From assembly GCA_037447605.1 (NCBI GenBank), contig CM074809.1:1168689-1232688 (forward strand): a stretch of DNA of 64,000 bases, in the 5' to 3' direction. Below are positions 50,701 through 63,100 of the stretch, piece after piece. The position numbers were made by a program, and so were the translations under genes. Position 1 is the first letter of the stretch. Each line of letters opens with the position of its first letter. Below the pieces are notes generated by a model. That model searched no databases, had not been told where the DNA came from, and was given only the letters and a program-made list of their open reading frames with translations. Source of the stretch: Zygnema circumcarinatum SAG 698-1b. Taxonomy: Eukaryota; Plantae; Zygnematophyceae.

Positions 50701-52015
50701 TGGCCCTTGACTTTGGTTTCGTTGTCCCGGGGAATCCTCATGATACGGTATGGCATCAATGCTTATGACACCTGGCAAGAGGCAAATTTTGATGGCTATG
50801 GACAATGGGCCGCTATGCTTAAAAGAGTCGACTTGACCTGCTGCCCTAGCTCGATGTGCACATCAAACAATAGGGCTTTTTTTTTTTTCTCTATAATGGA
50901 TTCATGGTGGTTAGTTATTGCAGATGGAGTTAAGGATGCACCTTCCTGAGAACGACTTGTTATTGGAAAGAAAGCAAACCCTGCTGCACGAACATGGCTT
51001 GCTCACAAGCTCTGGGGACAAGTCATCTACCTTCACACTTCGGCACGTCACCCACCTCCTACAGCCTACAATTCGAACAAAGTTCATTTGGCTCCATTAC
51101 TCCTTGATTCTGCATTTGCCGTCGGGATGGCCTGCTAAACTTACCATTCTCTCACATATTGCCCCCATATATGCAGGCATGCAGGATCACCAGCTGGACG
51201 GGGTAAAGGTATACCACACAGTCTCAGGGCTTGGGCTCGTGTGGTGAGTCTTCAAAGTGAGGAGGAGCTCCTCTCTTTGGCTCATGATGCTTCTCGGAAT
51301 GAAGGCCGTCTTGCACGGCGGCCCCGTCGTGGGGGAAGTTCAGAAGCAGCAGCCATGTCTGTGCTGCAAGCTGCGATCGAGGAGGAGATTCTTGCACGGG
51401 AGAAGGTCCTAAAGGTGGGTGGTGCACAAGTCGTGGCATATACAGTACAGTAGGGGGCTCAGAATCAAAGCGTTCTCATGCATATGAAATTCGAAACCTA
51501 GTTCACACGAGGTTGTAAGCGAGGTGAGTTACAATGGGCAGGTCTTTGTGGTGCTTGTCTTTCCAAAGGCAGGAGCAGGATGGCATTTTTATGATCTGTT
51601 GTTGTGCAGGTGGTGGGTCGGGCTATGGATACGGCGACATTGCCGTATGGGCGGGCCATGACATTGGAGACCCTTCATACGAACCACCTGCGACTATTAG
51701 AGTCGGTCGCTGCCTGGCTCCGACCACGAGCGTTGGGGGGCGGACTCCATGAGATGCTTGCATCAAGATGAGCTTCATTTGCAAACAGGTTCTGTAGTCC
51801 AGTCGGAACTTACTTTCAGGAATTTAAGTGTCATTTTTTGGGGCTCTGTAAATTTCTGTCTCGGTCCCATCGAGGAATTGCGTAGCGGATGCCCTTGCAA
51901 TAAAGCGATGGAGAGAGCGCGGAGTAGTTGGCGCAAGATCAGCCATCACATTAGTTGGTTTCTAGAAATAAAGTCCTTCTGTATTCTTGCCTTGACTTTG
52001 GTGAAAAAGTTGTGA
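47769..52015 (+). CDS. SET-domain, Rubisco LSMT-like lysine methyltransferase (At3g55080-like); C-terminus uncertain
   Basis: Exons read DFSKWLQ..GRGLFA, WARLALFLI..DSPWGTYLAHLP, VFWNEAEL, DFIHAYA, VPFVDMFNHD (SET motif), VLISYGELSNSTLALDFGF, GRGKGIPHSLRAWARV..ASRNEGRLARRP, LRLLESVAAWL. Confidence 0.85.
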
Positions 52016-53423
52016 AGGGTTCCTTCTTAGGAATACACCTGGGCAAAACGGCTCGTCCTGCACAAGAATGCTGTCTTTTGTTATATGTGGAAGCTCCAAG
52101 CAATGCTCAATGTCTTATGAAAACTCGAGGTTAGTCTTTTAGTAGAGAGTGTCAGAATTGAATGTTTTCTGACATTGCAGAGGCAGGTTCGAGTTCAAGG
52201 GAAGCACTCTTTTCAAAGAACTCTTAAAAATGAATTGGTGGGTTGATCTTCTTTGCTTAGAGTGTGAGGCAGGGAGAGACGGATAGATAGTGTGGGAAAG
52301 TGAGTGAGGGAGGGAGGGCGAGAGAGGGAGTCAGAAATAGAGGGTGGAACAGGGGGGGGTTAAGATAAAGGAAACACTCTTTTACAGCTGAGTTGGGCAT
52401 TTCTTTCTTCTTTGACATAGCTCAAACTAGAGGGATAGAGAGTCGTTGGGTTCCGTCGACAGTTTGTATCTCTTTGTAAACAGCACGTTAGGGTTTTTGG
52501 GTTTGCAATTTAAGTGTCAAACCAGCACATGTAAATGGTTCTTTATGCCCTCCTGTAATGCATTGCATACGACATTGTTTATCGTATCGTGTTGAGGGTT
52601 CATTTTAACCTGTTTAAGCTGCTTTGGGCGAATGCATCTTTCTAGTCTCGAGGGAGGGGGGAGGGAGAGATGGGGGGGAAGGAGGGAGGGAGCTGGAGAG
52701 GGAGAGGGAGATGAGGGATTGGAAGAGAGGATGGGGGAGACGAGACGATGTGGACAAAGGGAGGGGGGAGGGTTTAGAGTTTGGGGTTTAGGTCTGAGGG
52801 GGCAGAACCTAGGGTTAAGAGTATTCAAGAAAGTTGGACCATAAATTATGACTTAATGTTCAATGCAAGACGTGGGAAGCACAGCTTCAGCAGAGTACCA
52901 TGCCCTAAGGTAACCCACAAATGCGAGACCCACAAAAAGTGGCAGTCCTCTATTGTAAAGGCTGTGTGCCCTATAAAACGTCTGCTTAAACTACGGCCCA
53001 TATAAAAGATCTGCAGATGCCCTACAGACATTCTCTGCTACTCCCTACATGGGCCATCCATCCATGGCAGGCTCAAGACCTTGTCCTTGATTAACAAAAG
53101 TTATGACATAGCAAGTGCTAAGGGGGAAAAGGGCTGCTGCTACGCCTACAGACGCCTCTACTGTAACCCTAAAGCTGAACCACTGCCACTCTACTTCCAA
53201 AAGGCAGCGGAGTTGCAACTGCGCAGCTATCCATTAATGTGGCGCCTGCTGGGCCATTCCATCTCTTGAGGAACTGGATTCCAGAATCAGCTGCCTACAG
53301 AGTGCCCTTCATATGATAACAAAAATGGGCACCAAGATGGGCTTCCAGTAGTTAAGAGGCACATTTTGTTAATCTTTCGTAATGTTAAGGAGTTTTTTTT
53401 GCAACCTTCTGAGACCAACTTAG

Positions 53424-56400
53424 CTAGTGATCCTCCTCTTTTGTTGCTGCCACCTGCTGCCCTGGCCTTCGGCGGGCATTGAGCACTACCTCCAGGTCTG
53501 GCAGGCCTCCCACCTTTTCCAGCTCCTGCTCATCCCCCAACCCACCTTGTTACAGCAGGTTCGGCAGTTGATCATGTTAGACTCCTCAAGACCTTGACAA
53601 GGGGTGGTATGAGTATCAACACCGACAGGTGACCTATTCCTAAAACAAGCAAAATCTACCACCAAACTTGAAGAAAGCTTTCCTCAAAACCCAAAGCGGT
53701 GTCAACTGACTTATGGGTTGAAGGCAGCCTATGCTTACCTGAGGACCAAAGAAGAGACCATATGGGACACCTTCGAATTTGTCAGCGTGATGAAGCTGCA
53801 CATTGTACAAATACAGAAAGCAAAGCCTTCAGGACATCCGCTGTAGTCTTGGTATCAAGGAAAATATTTGCGCCCTGCCCTATGATAACTCAAAAGGAAT
53901 GAATGGCATCCTCGTGAACACAATCACACTCTAAACAAGATCTGTGATCAAGCCGTGATAAGAGGGTCAAAATATTGCAACAACAGGCGTGTCCAGGAAT
54001 TGCGGAGTACCTGATGTGCAGCTGCCACCTTTTGAAGGTAGGGAACGTCAGCAATTGGGCCAACAGGAAAGCGGCGATGAACCAAGCCGTCATGGACAAA
54101 CATATATGCCATGCCGAAAAGAGTGATGCCAAGGCCCTGGCAATGTCCATTCACCCACATGGAAGTCAGGCCCAGGCAATACTAAAGCATGTGGAGTCTC
54201 TAAGCCAAGCATGCACCATGCCCTGCAATTCCAGCTTAGGGTGTGGGTAGACTCACAGCACCAAAGCATAGCCCTGGAAAGAGACCGCGATTGAAGAAGC
54301 CATATGCTAGAAGCAAGATGGCCGGCCCCGCATTTATAATGGCAAAGATGTCGTTTAGCTCAAATGGACCTTCACGCGGCCGATGATGAGACTGCCATGT
54401 AATAAGGCCACCCAAAATTTGTATCATCTCCTCAATCCGCTTCCAATGTCTTCCTTTGGCAGCACAAAAAGAAAAGCACCACAGATTGTGATTGACATAT
54501 TACAGGAAGGAAAGGCAAATTAGAACCTTTTGCTGGTGAAACACTGTACCTCATGCATGTGCCACAACGAGGCGTGCCATAGTGCTTTATGTGCCCAACG
54601 TGCCCAAAACTCCATTCCCACCTGTAGCACAGACGAATCCCCGGCTCAATTAGACAAAACAGGTAGGACCTTCCAATACAGGTCTCTGAAAGGCATATAA
54701 CACTTTTGAGCTTGCAGAAGGACCCGGTGTTTGAGCAGTCAGACTTCACTTGTCATAGCAAGCTCATGAAATGCTCGTAAGGCCCTTACCGCAGCTCCAA
54801 TAGCCAAAGCAAATGTGCCAAACATCTCCAAGTAAGGAACATCTCCTCCTGCCTGCACCATTGAGACCTTCATGAAAGTTAAACCACCAATTGCCCACCC
54901 ATAGCCTACGCACGGCTCTCATCAGGATCTAACTGCCACGTACCAATCAACATCCCTGTGTCAAACTGGCTGGCCACACCTACCCTTGAATGCAAACTCT
55001 TTCACCGTAAGAATATTTCAGGCGACATGTTCCACCTTGGCCAAATTAAGTCCTGCAGCTCGACCGACTTATGGCTGCATTCCAGTGAGTTTCCAGTTGA
55101 CACGGATACACCACATCACTATCTGGGAATTCACATGCTAAAGTCAGCAACCGAAGTTAGCTAATTACTGAGCCACTGATGTTCTATGAACCAATCAAGC
55201 TCCTTCCATCTGACTCAACACAAAACCTTCACCCAGCCATAACTGATGCCACAATCACCGGGGACTGAAGGGTATTCCATCATGAGTTGCCCTGTGACGA
55301 ACCAATGCTACAGGGTCGTAATGCAACTGCTTCTATTGTCGCAGTCGTCTGAATACATACAAAACGTCTGCCTACACTAGGCCAGGAGTATCGCAGTCAA
55401 ACCAGATGATCATTCGAAAAAGAAGAATCTCGCCGCAAAAAGAACAGTGGAGTGACTCCAAAACATCCTTCGAATTCGGTAAAAATGGCGATGAGCTAAA
55501 TGAGGTAGGCAAAATGTGACCCACTACACCACTTTAGATCAAATGGTATTTTCGGTAGTTTAATTGATTGATAGCTTTCTATAATGCAGACCTGCAGCAC
55601 TATCACAAACGGCAAAGGCCCACTAAAGGTTCAGGCCTATATGGCAATAAAAATAAAATCTGGTTCAATGTAGATACAATCATATATGAACCCATCGACG
55701 AAGCGATCTATCAAATTTTGCTTTCTGCTACTTTTCATTTTGTATCGTAATTCGTGGGAGTCTGGCCAGTCTAAAATGCAGTTTGCACTTGCTAACAGAC
55801 CTACTTCCAGTTCCGGTTCTTTTTCACATTTTTACGTATTCTTAATCATTTTAAAAAAAAATCCTTTTGCTAATTCAACCCATGTGCTGGAAATAAGCCT
55901 CCCGGTTTTAAATGTCCAAAAGCGTATGACAGGACACAAAAATGTGACAGAACTGGGACATGAGTTGCGCACATTTGCAATACAGCAAATAACTGTATCA
56001 CAGCAGCGAAATAATCAGCCTCCCCACGACTCATTGACATCATTCAGTCAGAGTATCCATTTCTAAATTTAAGCCACACACGATGAGAAGAGATGTAGCA
56101 ATTCACGAAGAGGTAAGAAGTATCTCCTAAGTTGCATTGGGCATGACTCAGGTGTGCATGAGTTCGTCATTGGTAGTCTGAGACACAGACAAACCATTCG
56201 TATGCATAATTTACTGGGAATACGATACCAAGGTATGATTTTTCATTGAGCTTCTACAAGTATACCAGCTCAAAAATCTTCTACAGCTCGGGAAGTTATA
56301 TTGAAAACTTCATAGAGGACAGAGCATCAGGCTGATGTATCGTCAGATTGTTGAACTGAGACCTGACTCAGTACTTTGGGCTGCAAAACCGACTAACCTG

Positions 56401-56925
56401 CATTTGAGAAATAAAGCGGTAAATCACCGCCCCGCCTGCCAGTGATGTGAAACCAATGCTGGAAACTACGGCAGCCACAAGATACGTTGAGCGCTCTGAC
56501 TTCCTGCGCTGCATGCGCTCCAGCTGTGCTCGTCTGTCGGCATCCTCCGATGAAGTAGCCATGGTAGCCAACTGGGCAGCAAATTCAAGGGTCACAGATG
56601 ACTCGTTTGAGTCATCGGCACTATTCCCTGCAACTTCCTCGACCTGACCTAGTTCATTCCTGTCTTCGGCAGATCTAAGTTGCGAGCTGTCAGACGACAC
56701 TGCCCTCGCGAGGAGTGAGCTCCTCCTGTGGAGCACAAGTTGTGAGAGCGAACCTCCTGCTCCGATATGATGCCTTACTACAGACCTTCCCAGGGATGAC
56801 ACACAGACTTTAGCAGCGGAAATCGACCGCGATTCCTGCACAGAGTGTCTTCTACAAGAGGGAGAAGACAGCACTGAAGCAGAAGAAATCGATCCTGCAA
56901 GCGCAGCCTTGATCATCATCGCCAT
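53424..56925 (-). CDS. BCH: Non-heme di-iron beta-carotene hydroxylase (BCH/CHY-B)
   Basis: Transit peptide, then RKSERSTYLVAAVVSSIGFTS, GMEFWARWAHKALWHASLWHMHE/SHHRPREGPFELNDIFAIINA, GLGITLFGMAYMFVHDGLVHRRFPVGPIADVPYLQKVAAAHQ/LHHADKFEGVPYGLFFGPQ/ELEKVGG; all His boxes are present. Confidence 0.95.
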
Positions 56926-57776
56926 TGTTCACTCGTCCCTGTCAGCTTTCCAATCCACCAACACACTAACTCAACTTCCAAACCAACGCATTGCTCAAAC
57001 AGTCGAAAGCCTTCCTTCCTCCGCCCCTCCCTTTTCCCCACTCCCCTCCCCCCCTCGCCTCCCCTCTTGTCCCCTGTTTCGTTCAGCTCGTCTCCCCTCC
57101 CCTCCCCTCCCCTCCCCTCCGCCCCCTCCGCCCCCTCCGCCCCCTCCGCCCCCTCCGCCCCCTTCTCGCCCCCTCCGCCCACTCTCCCTCTCCCACTCCC
57201 TCTCTCCCTCTCTCCCTCCCCCTCCTGCAGCCGGCGGGCGGTGTGGTGGGCCCGCAGCGCGGCACGTGGCCGCGCCCCCCTTGGAGGGCCCACGCGGCGT
57301 GGCGGCCCCAGGCCGCTCGCCGCCGCCTAATCTTCGGCACATGCGATCGACGGCCGCCGGGCGGATATCCGACTCCGCGTGTGCGATCGACGGCCCCGCG
57401 GCGTCTGCAGCTGGCGAGCATGCCGCGCTCGCCCGAGGGCGGTTTCCGCAGGCGGATGGTTGCGAACCTGCCAAGCTTTTGGGAGTCAGTCGGCGGTCGG
57501 GGGTTCCATCGTCCAATGGCAGTTCGCCGCGTGTGCAAATGTGTGTACGTGGCGCCCTTCCATTGGATGGTACTGTTCGCTTTTGGAGAGAGGCCTCTCA
57601 TGATGGATGGCATTGAGATGCATCGGATGGCCATGTGAGGGGTTTGGTTGCAGGGTTCGTTCAGGGTTTCCATAGATAGCGAGCTTTCCATAGGTACGGG
57701 ATAGTACAGGACTGGGACTATGAAGATCAAAAGAAAATATGATTTCTTTCATTCGAGGCTGTTGCGCTCAGAAGCT

Positions 57777-57851
57777 GACCGGTTCCTCGTGGTTTCCCAT
57801 GTTGCTTTTGTCCATGTGCATGTGATGGCATATCGTGGTCAGAGACCAATG
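57777..57851 (-). repeat. Fourth copy of the dispersed ~85 bp repeat
   Basis: The reverse complement reads CATTGGTCTC..CCATCACATGCACATGGACAAAAGCAACATGGGAAACCACGAGGAACCGGTC. Confidence 0.65.
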
Positions 57852-58500
57852 CCAAATCCTGTATTTCCTTCTGACTACTCTGTGGCTATTGTGTGTGGGA
57901 AGGAACCGAAGAAGTCTGAAAGGCCCCCAATCGTGCATTGTTTGGCAGGGCATTGCGTTAGGGGCTGTCGCAGTGCACGCTGATGGTGTCAGCTGTTAGC
58001 AGGAAAACAAAACCCTTAAACCCTCAAAAAGCATCACATAGGAACAAGGATTGTCAGAGGCCGTGGTTTGTCAGGCAACAGAAGTCACATTCTGAACATG
58101 AATCTCATGAATCACCGCTTATGGTGGAATTAGACAACATTGTCAGAGGGGTAACTTCTGCTTCAAACAGGGCGGTGGCTGATCAAGCTCTCACTAATCA
58201 AACTGTACATGGCCGGGCGCCTTGAAGCAATAGAGAGCTTCTCAGGGGGACTAGAAAACATGAAGCAGCTATTGCCCTCTCGAAATTAACCAGATGGTGT
58301 TAAAAGGGATGAATAAAAAATGATAACGTAAGACTCTATGATTTGTTGCTACTTTTATTGCAAGAAGTGAAGCTTCCACCAGCTTCTGTAAGGAAGCCAT
58401 TCCTTTCTCAAATCTCTAGCTCTAACCATAACAAAAATGGGAACAATATCAATGGTGTGGTTTTTCGCACCACTAAGGGAAACAAATTAATCACGAGACA

Positions 58501-59631
58501 TCAAAAGGCTGTTTTGTCCCACTGTCGAAACTCGTGCACTTGTGCCTCCAACTCCCTCACTCTGTCTTCCAAAGCCTGCAATGACAGCCACACACGGACT
58601 GGGAACATGATTGAATGGCCTCTTATCTTCTGTATATATGAAGCACTGCTAGGCAAGATAATGGGGTAGGAAAGTCCTGGTTGACACAGGCAATAATAGG
58701 CTCTTTAGTTAACGAGGGTCCACCGACTCTCAATCTGCTCAAGAATGGCAAGACCTTACTTGCGCGAAAATGCCACCCAATAGCAAAATTTGCTGTGCAC
58801 CAGGATGTGTCAGCTTTAATACCTGATATCTCTTTTCCTTAACCTCTTCTTTTCGAGCTTCTGCCATGGAGCTTCTTGTGACTTCCAACGTGACCGCAAC
58901 AGATCCAACCTGCTCCCATCCAGTGATACATTCAGCAATGCTGTGTATGTTTCTACGTAGAAACTCTGTCTTATGGGAAACAGGAATAACTCAAGCTTGC
59001 TGCCAGAAATCCACACATAACTGTATCTACATAAAAAGCAATCGCAAAAAGGATGCAAAAAACAAGACATTCAACCTTTATCTTCAATGCACTACAAACG
59101 ACGTGATACACTTACCATGAACACAACAGTTTCTCCGATTAGGTTAGCAGCTACTTGCACGGCCTGCTCTGCCTGAAGTGGTTTTATCGTTTCCTCGCTG
59201 TGGTGGGGGTGCAGTTGCGAATGCATTTGTGCATTGAGCAGATGGAACTTCTAAAAACATCATAAGCCCGCCGAGACGGCCATCAGAAAAATTACAGATA
59301 TTTTAACTGGCGATAGCTCCAGCCTTTGACAGGGTTCAAAACTGAATCCAAAATGAAAAGAGTGATTTACAGCATTGCAGACATCGACAGAGTGCTCAAA
59401 TGTAGACAAACACAGCAGACTTGTACTGATTCAGCCAAGTTGGTCATACACAACACTGAATAATGACATTGCTTGCAGCACGGATGAGCGGCCTGTCCTC
59501 ACCTGAGCCATGCTAATAATGGATCGCTTGAATCGTTGATCCTTGGAAGCCCGGCGCTTCACGACCTCAGCTAAGGGCTTGCCAAGCTGCCTGATGCCCA
59601 GCCCTGCAAGCCTGAACAGAGGCACATACAT
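58501..59631 (-). CDS. OPA3: OPA3-like mitochondrial protein, 4 exons
   Basis: Exons read MYVPLFRLAGLGIRQLGKPLAEVVKRRASKDQRFKRSIISMAQ, IKPLQAEQAVQVAANLIGETVVF, VTLEVTRSSMAEARKEE, LEDRVRELEAQV..AF*. Confidence 0.85.
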
Positions 59632-59987
59632 TAGAACCCCGCGAGGCGAGAGGGGCGAGAGGGCCCAGCCCTCCTCCCCCCGCCCTTCATCCCCTCGCCA
59701 TGGCCCGCTCAGCGCTCTCCTCTCCCTCCGCTCCTCCCTCCGTCCGGAGTCCAGTCGGATTAGGGAGGGCAGAACGCTCCCCAATATCCACAGGCCAAAT
59801 CCACGCCTTAAGAAGGCCGTTCCATGCACACCGTTTAAGAAACGGGATTTAAACTGTAGCTGTGACATGTACCTGTATGACAGTTCGTGACACTTTTGAC
59901 TGCCACATAGAACGTGCCACGTGTAGGCCGTATGGCGTATGGGGAGGCGGGAGTTGCATTGGATGGGAGGACATGACATGATGGCAA

Positions 59988-60023
59988 GGGCATGGGCATT
60001 GGGCCGGGCATGGGCATTGGGCC

Positions 60024-60050
<27 letters not shown>
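59988..60050 (+). promoter_or_regulatory. Run of 11 GGG tracts ((GGGCAT)n/GGGCC): predicted G-quadruplex and site-II-like TGGGCC motifs in the OPA3/myotubularin intergenic region
   Basis: gggcatgggcattgggccgggcatgggcattgggccgggcatgggcatgggcatgggcatggg. Confidence 0.55.
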
Positions 60051-60054
<4 letters not shown>

Positions 60055-60133
60055 GTGAAAGAGACAGGCGGCAGGCGCCTCTTCAAAGCTTGCTGCTGCA
60101 GCAGGATGCATCTCTGAGCAGCCTGCACAGAGC

Positions 60134-63100
60134 ATGGAGAGCGGTCCGGAGGCCGCTTCAAACAGGATGGACCTCAACAGCGGCTTGGGCGGTCTCTGGA
60201 CGTATGTGGAGGTGAGAGATGAGGCAGGCAAGGAATGGCCGGAGGCCAGGTCGCTGTTTTTTTAAAGCAGGCGAAGCAGAGTTAAGAGTATGGTGGCTTA
60301 TTTTTGGGAGGAGGGGACTTTGAGGGGCGTGCAGGCGGCATGTGACCCGGGAGAAGAGCATAATGCTGTAGCGGCACCTGGCATGGAGGCTGGAGAAGCC
60401 GTTTTGTTGGAGGTGAGTGGTGCTTTGTTGTAGTTTGAAAACGGAGTCCCAAACGCACGAGGGGCGGAGTGACGGATCACATTGGTTGTTCCAGAATTAA
60501 AAAAGACGGTTTCACCTTTTTTTTTTTTAGTATCATCGGTACACTCACAGGACATTCTGACAATAAAATTCGTGAAAATATAGTTGCAAACTCCTCGCAA
60601 AGCGCGAGTACTTTCGAAGGCCTTGTTCCTGTCTTATTTTGAGGGAAACATTTGCTGCTACTGTTTGTGAGGGAACAGAAGAGTGCACTCCTCCCTAATT
60701 TTTCCTCGTATATTCGCTGTATCCATGTAATGTTATTCTCAAATTGTTCTGTGAGCCATTTACGTAGAACAGTAGAGCGTCCAAGTTACAAAAAAAAGAA
60801 AATTAACGCAATGGCTTGTTGAACTCAAATCCGGAACATAATTCCGCTCGTTTAGGACGTTCTCCAGCTTTTAATTTGTAACTATGGAGGGAGCTTAATG
60901 GTCTGTCTGGTATCACTTTGAACCTTGTTCATCAACAGTCTGCAGAATTAGTACATACATCCTTGCATACGTCTGTTTATTTGCTCAAATTATATGGAAC
61001 TAACAGTGAGAAAAGTTGTGATCGACGCAGGTGGATGATGTAGTGTTTTTTAATACCAACCTAAGGGGTTCGATTTTACTCACCACATTACAACTTTTGT
61101 TTATTGGCGATGGATCTCCTGAGCCCGTCGCACTGGGCAGTTTCCCATTAGCTACAATCGAGCGTGTTTTCAAACTTGTAAGTAGCCTCGACTAAGGTTT
61201 CCTTTTCTACACTCAATCGTATTTTTGAAATTGGCGGGGAAGGCAATCTCATCACTAAACTCTTACAGGCAGTAGGTTTCTGCTCTTACGCACTCTAGTC
61301 AGGACTTCAATATGTAGCACGCAGGTCATATAGTATTTAACCTTTCGTTCGCAAATCGTTCAAGGCTGACTTCTTTTTGAAAAGGAGGGCCTAGAAGTGA
61401 TCAATTGAGTGATGTGTGCACAAAGGGGATGCTTCCAGCACTACTGGCGGTAGTTAGACAGCACTATCATCAAGGTCAGAGAATCAAGGGAGCAGCAACC
61501 AATTTGTGCTTTGAGAATAAGAATAGAATGTATTTGGAACGTAAGCTGAACCGGAATGTGGTAAGGATTTTGTTCAAAACTGGATTGTTGTGAATTGGGA
61601 AGGGAGCAGCAACCAAGTCGAGCTGGTGTGCCTTCCAAAGCAGTCCTTAAACTGCTGCAGGTGCAGGGTGAGTGTTCTTCTCTCCAGGGTCTTTGCAGTT
61701 GAAAAAATCATGCTTATGGAATTCACAGCATTGCAAAGCCCACGTCTTCTGAAGATAAGCTGGGAGTTGGTTATGCAGGAAAAGATCTACGTACAGCAGT
61801 CTACGCTTTTCAGCCACGCACTCGAAAGGTATGCCTATGGCAATGCTATCAATTTGTCCTCCTTGATACTCTCCTCCCCCGATCCCCTGCTTTTGTCGAC
61901 CACCCTGCACGGCATGCCATCAACACCATACGATCGTGAACTTTGTCTCCTATCCTTTGTCCTTTGTCCTCTGTTCTCCCTTTCCAAACCTTTCGCGTTC
62001 ATTCAAACAAGCGGTCATACCCAATCGGTCCTACTTCCAAACACAAGCTGACACCCACATGTTCCCTATCCCTTCCCCTTCCAAATTGCTTGTGGTTCGG
62101 TTTCAGCGAACTGCTGTGCAGGATGCCCTCCTCCGAGCCCTCCCTCGCTCCCTTCTTGACCTGCACGCATGGCTTTGTCCGGCAGCCGCCGGTAGAGACC
62201 CGAGCACAAGTGTGGTACGTGGCGAGTATGAGCGTCTTCTGAGTCTGCTTGAAGGGCAAGCAGGGGAGTGGCGGATCAGCGATGTCAATGCCAACTACAC
62301 CGTCTGCTCCACCTATCCCTCTCTGCTCGTGCTTCCTGCACGGTTCAGGTACAGGGTTCTGTCACATGTGGGCTTTGTACATCATCTTGGGCAGTTCGGT
62401 TTTTCTTCTTTGCTTTCTTCGTAGTTCGTCGCTTTTGTCTGCTCGAATTTCGGTTTTTACTCGATTGTTTAGGGAAATGCTTCATCCGTCCGGTATCGCG
62501 ATTTGGTCAGCTGGGGAAAAGTGGATAACCGCGAGTAGTTCTCAGCTGGTGATTGCGTACTGCTAGACAGACCTATAAATGACATGTTTTGGAGTTTCAT
62601 TTTGCCATGGGAGCCCTTCAATGCTTTCCTACATTCATGCAGGGTGGCCTTATGATTAGAGTGTGAGACACGTTCTTGAACCTCCAGCTTCGTTGTGTTT
62701 GTGGATGACCACATTTTTATGTGGAGAGGTTCATCCTGTATGGTACTCTATCCTTGTTAAGAAAAAATCTACTTTCTGGTTTTGTGCAGTAATGATGAAG
62801 TCCATGCAGCTGCTGCATTCAGAGCTCGAGGTCGCCTTCCTGTTTTCTGTTGGCAGCATCCAGGTACAAGGCTCATCTGTCTCCCTGAAATTGGCAATAT
62901 TGCCGATTAATATAATATTCTGTTATATATTATTTTATATAATTGGCAATATCCCCATCTTGGAACTCTTTTCTGTCACTTGCAACTGCTTGTTTCCTTT
63001 CAAAATCACAGCTCTTTAATGGTCCGAATCAGCTTGAGATTTGCATTCAAATCCTCCGTCGAGGCAACTTTCTGCTTTCTCAACTCAGACGACATTTTGG

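Noticed and set aside
56909-57752. Overlapping 173-235-aa ORFs upstream of BCH
   Set aside because: They derive from C-rich minisatellite and GC-rich promoter sequence.
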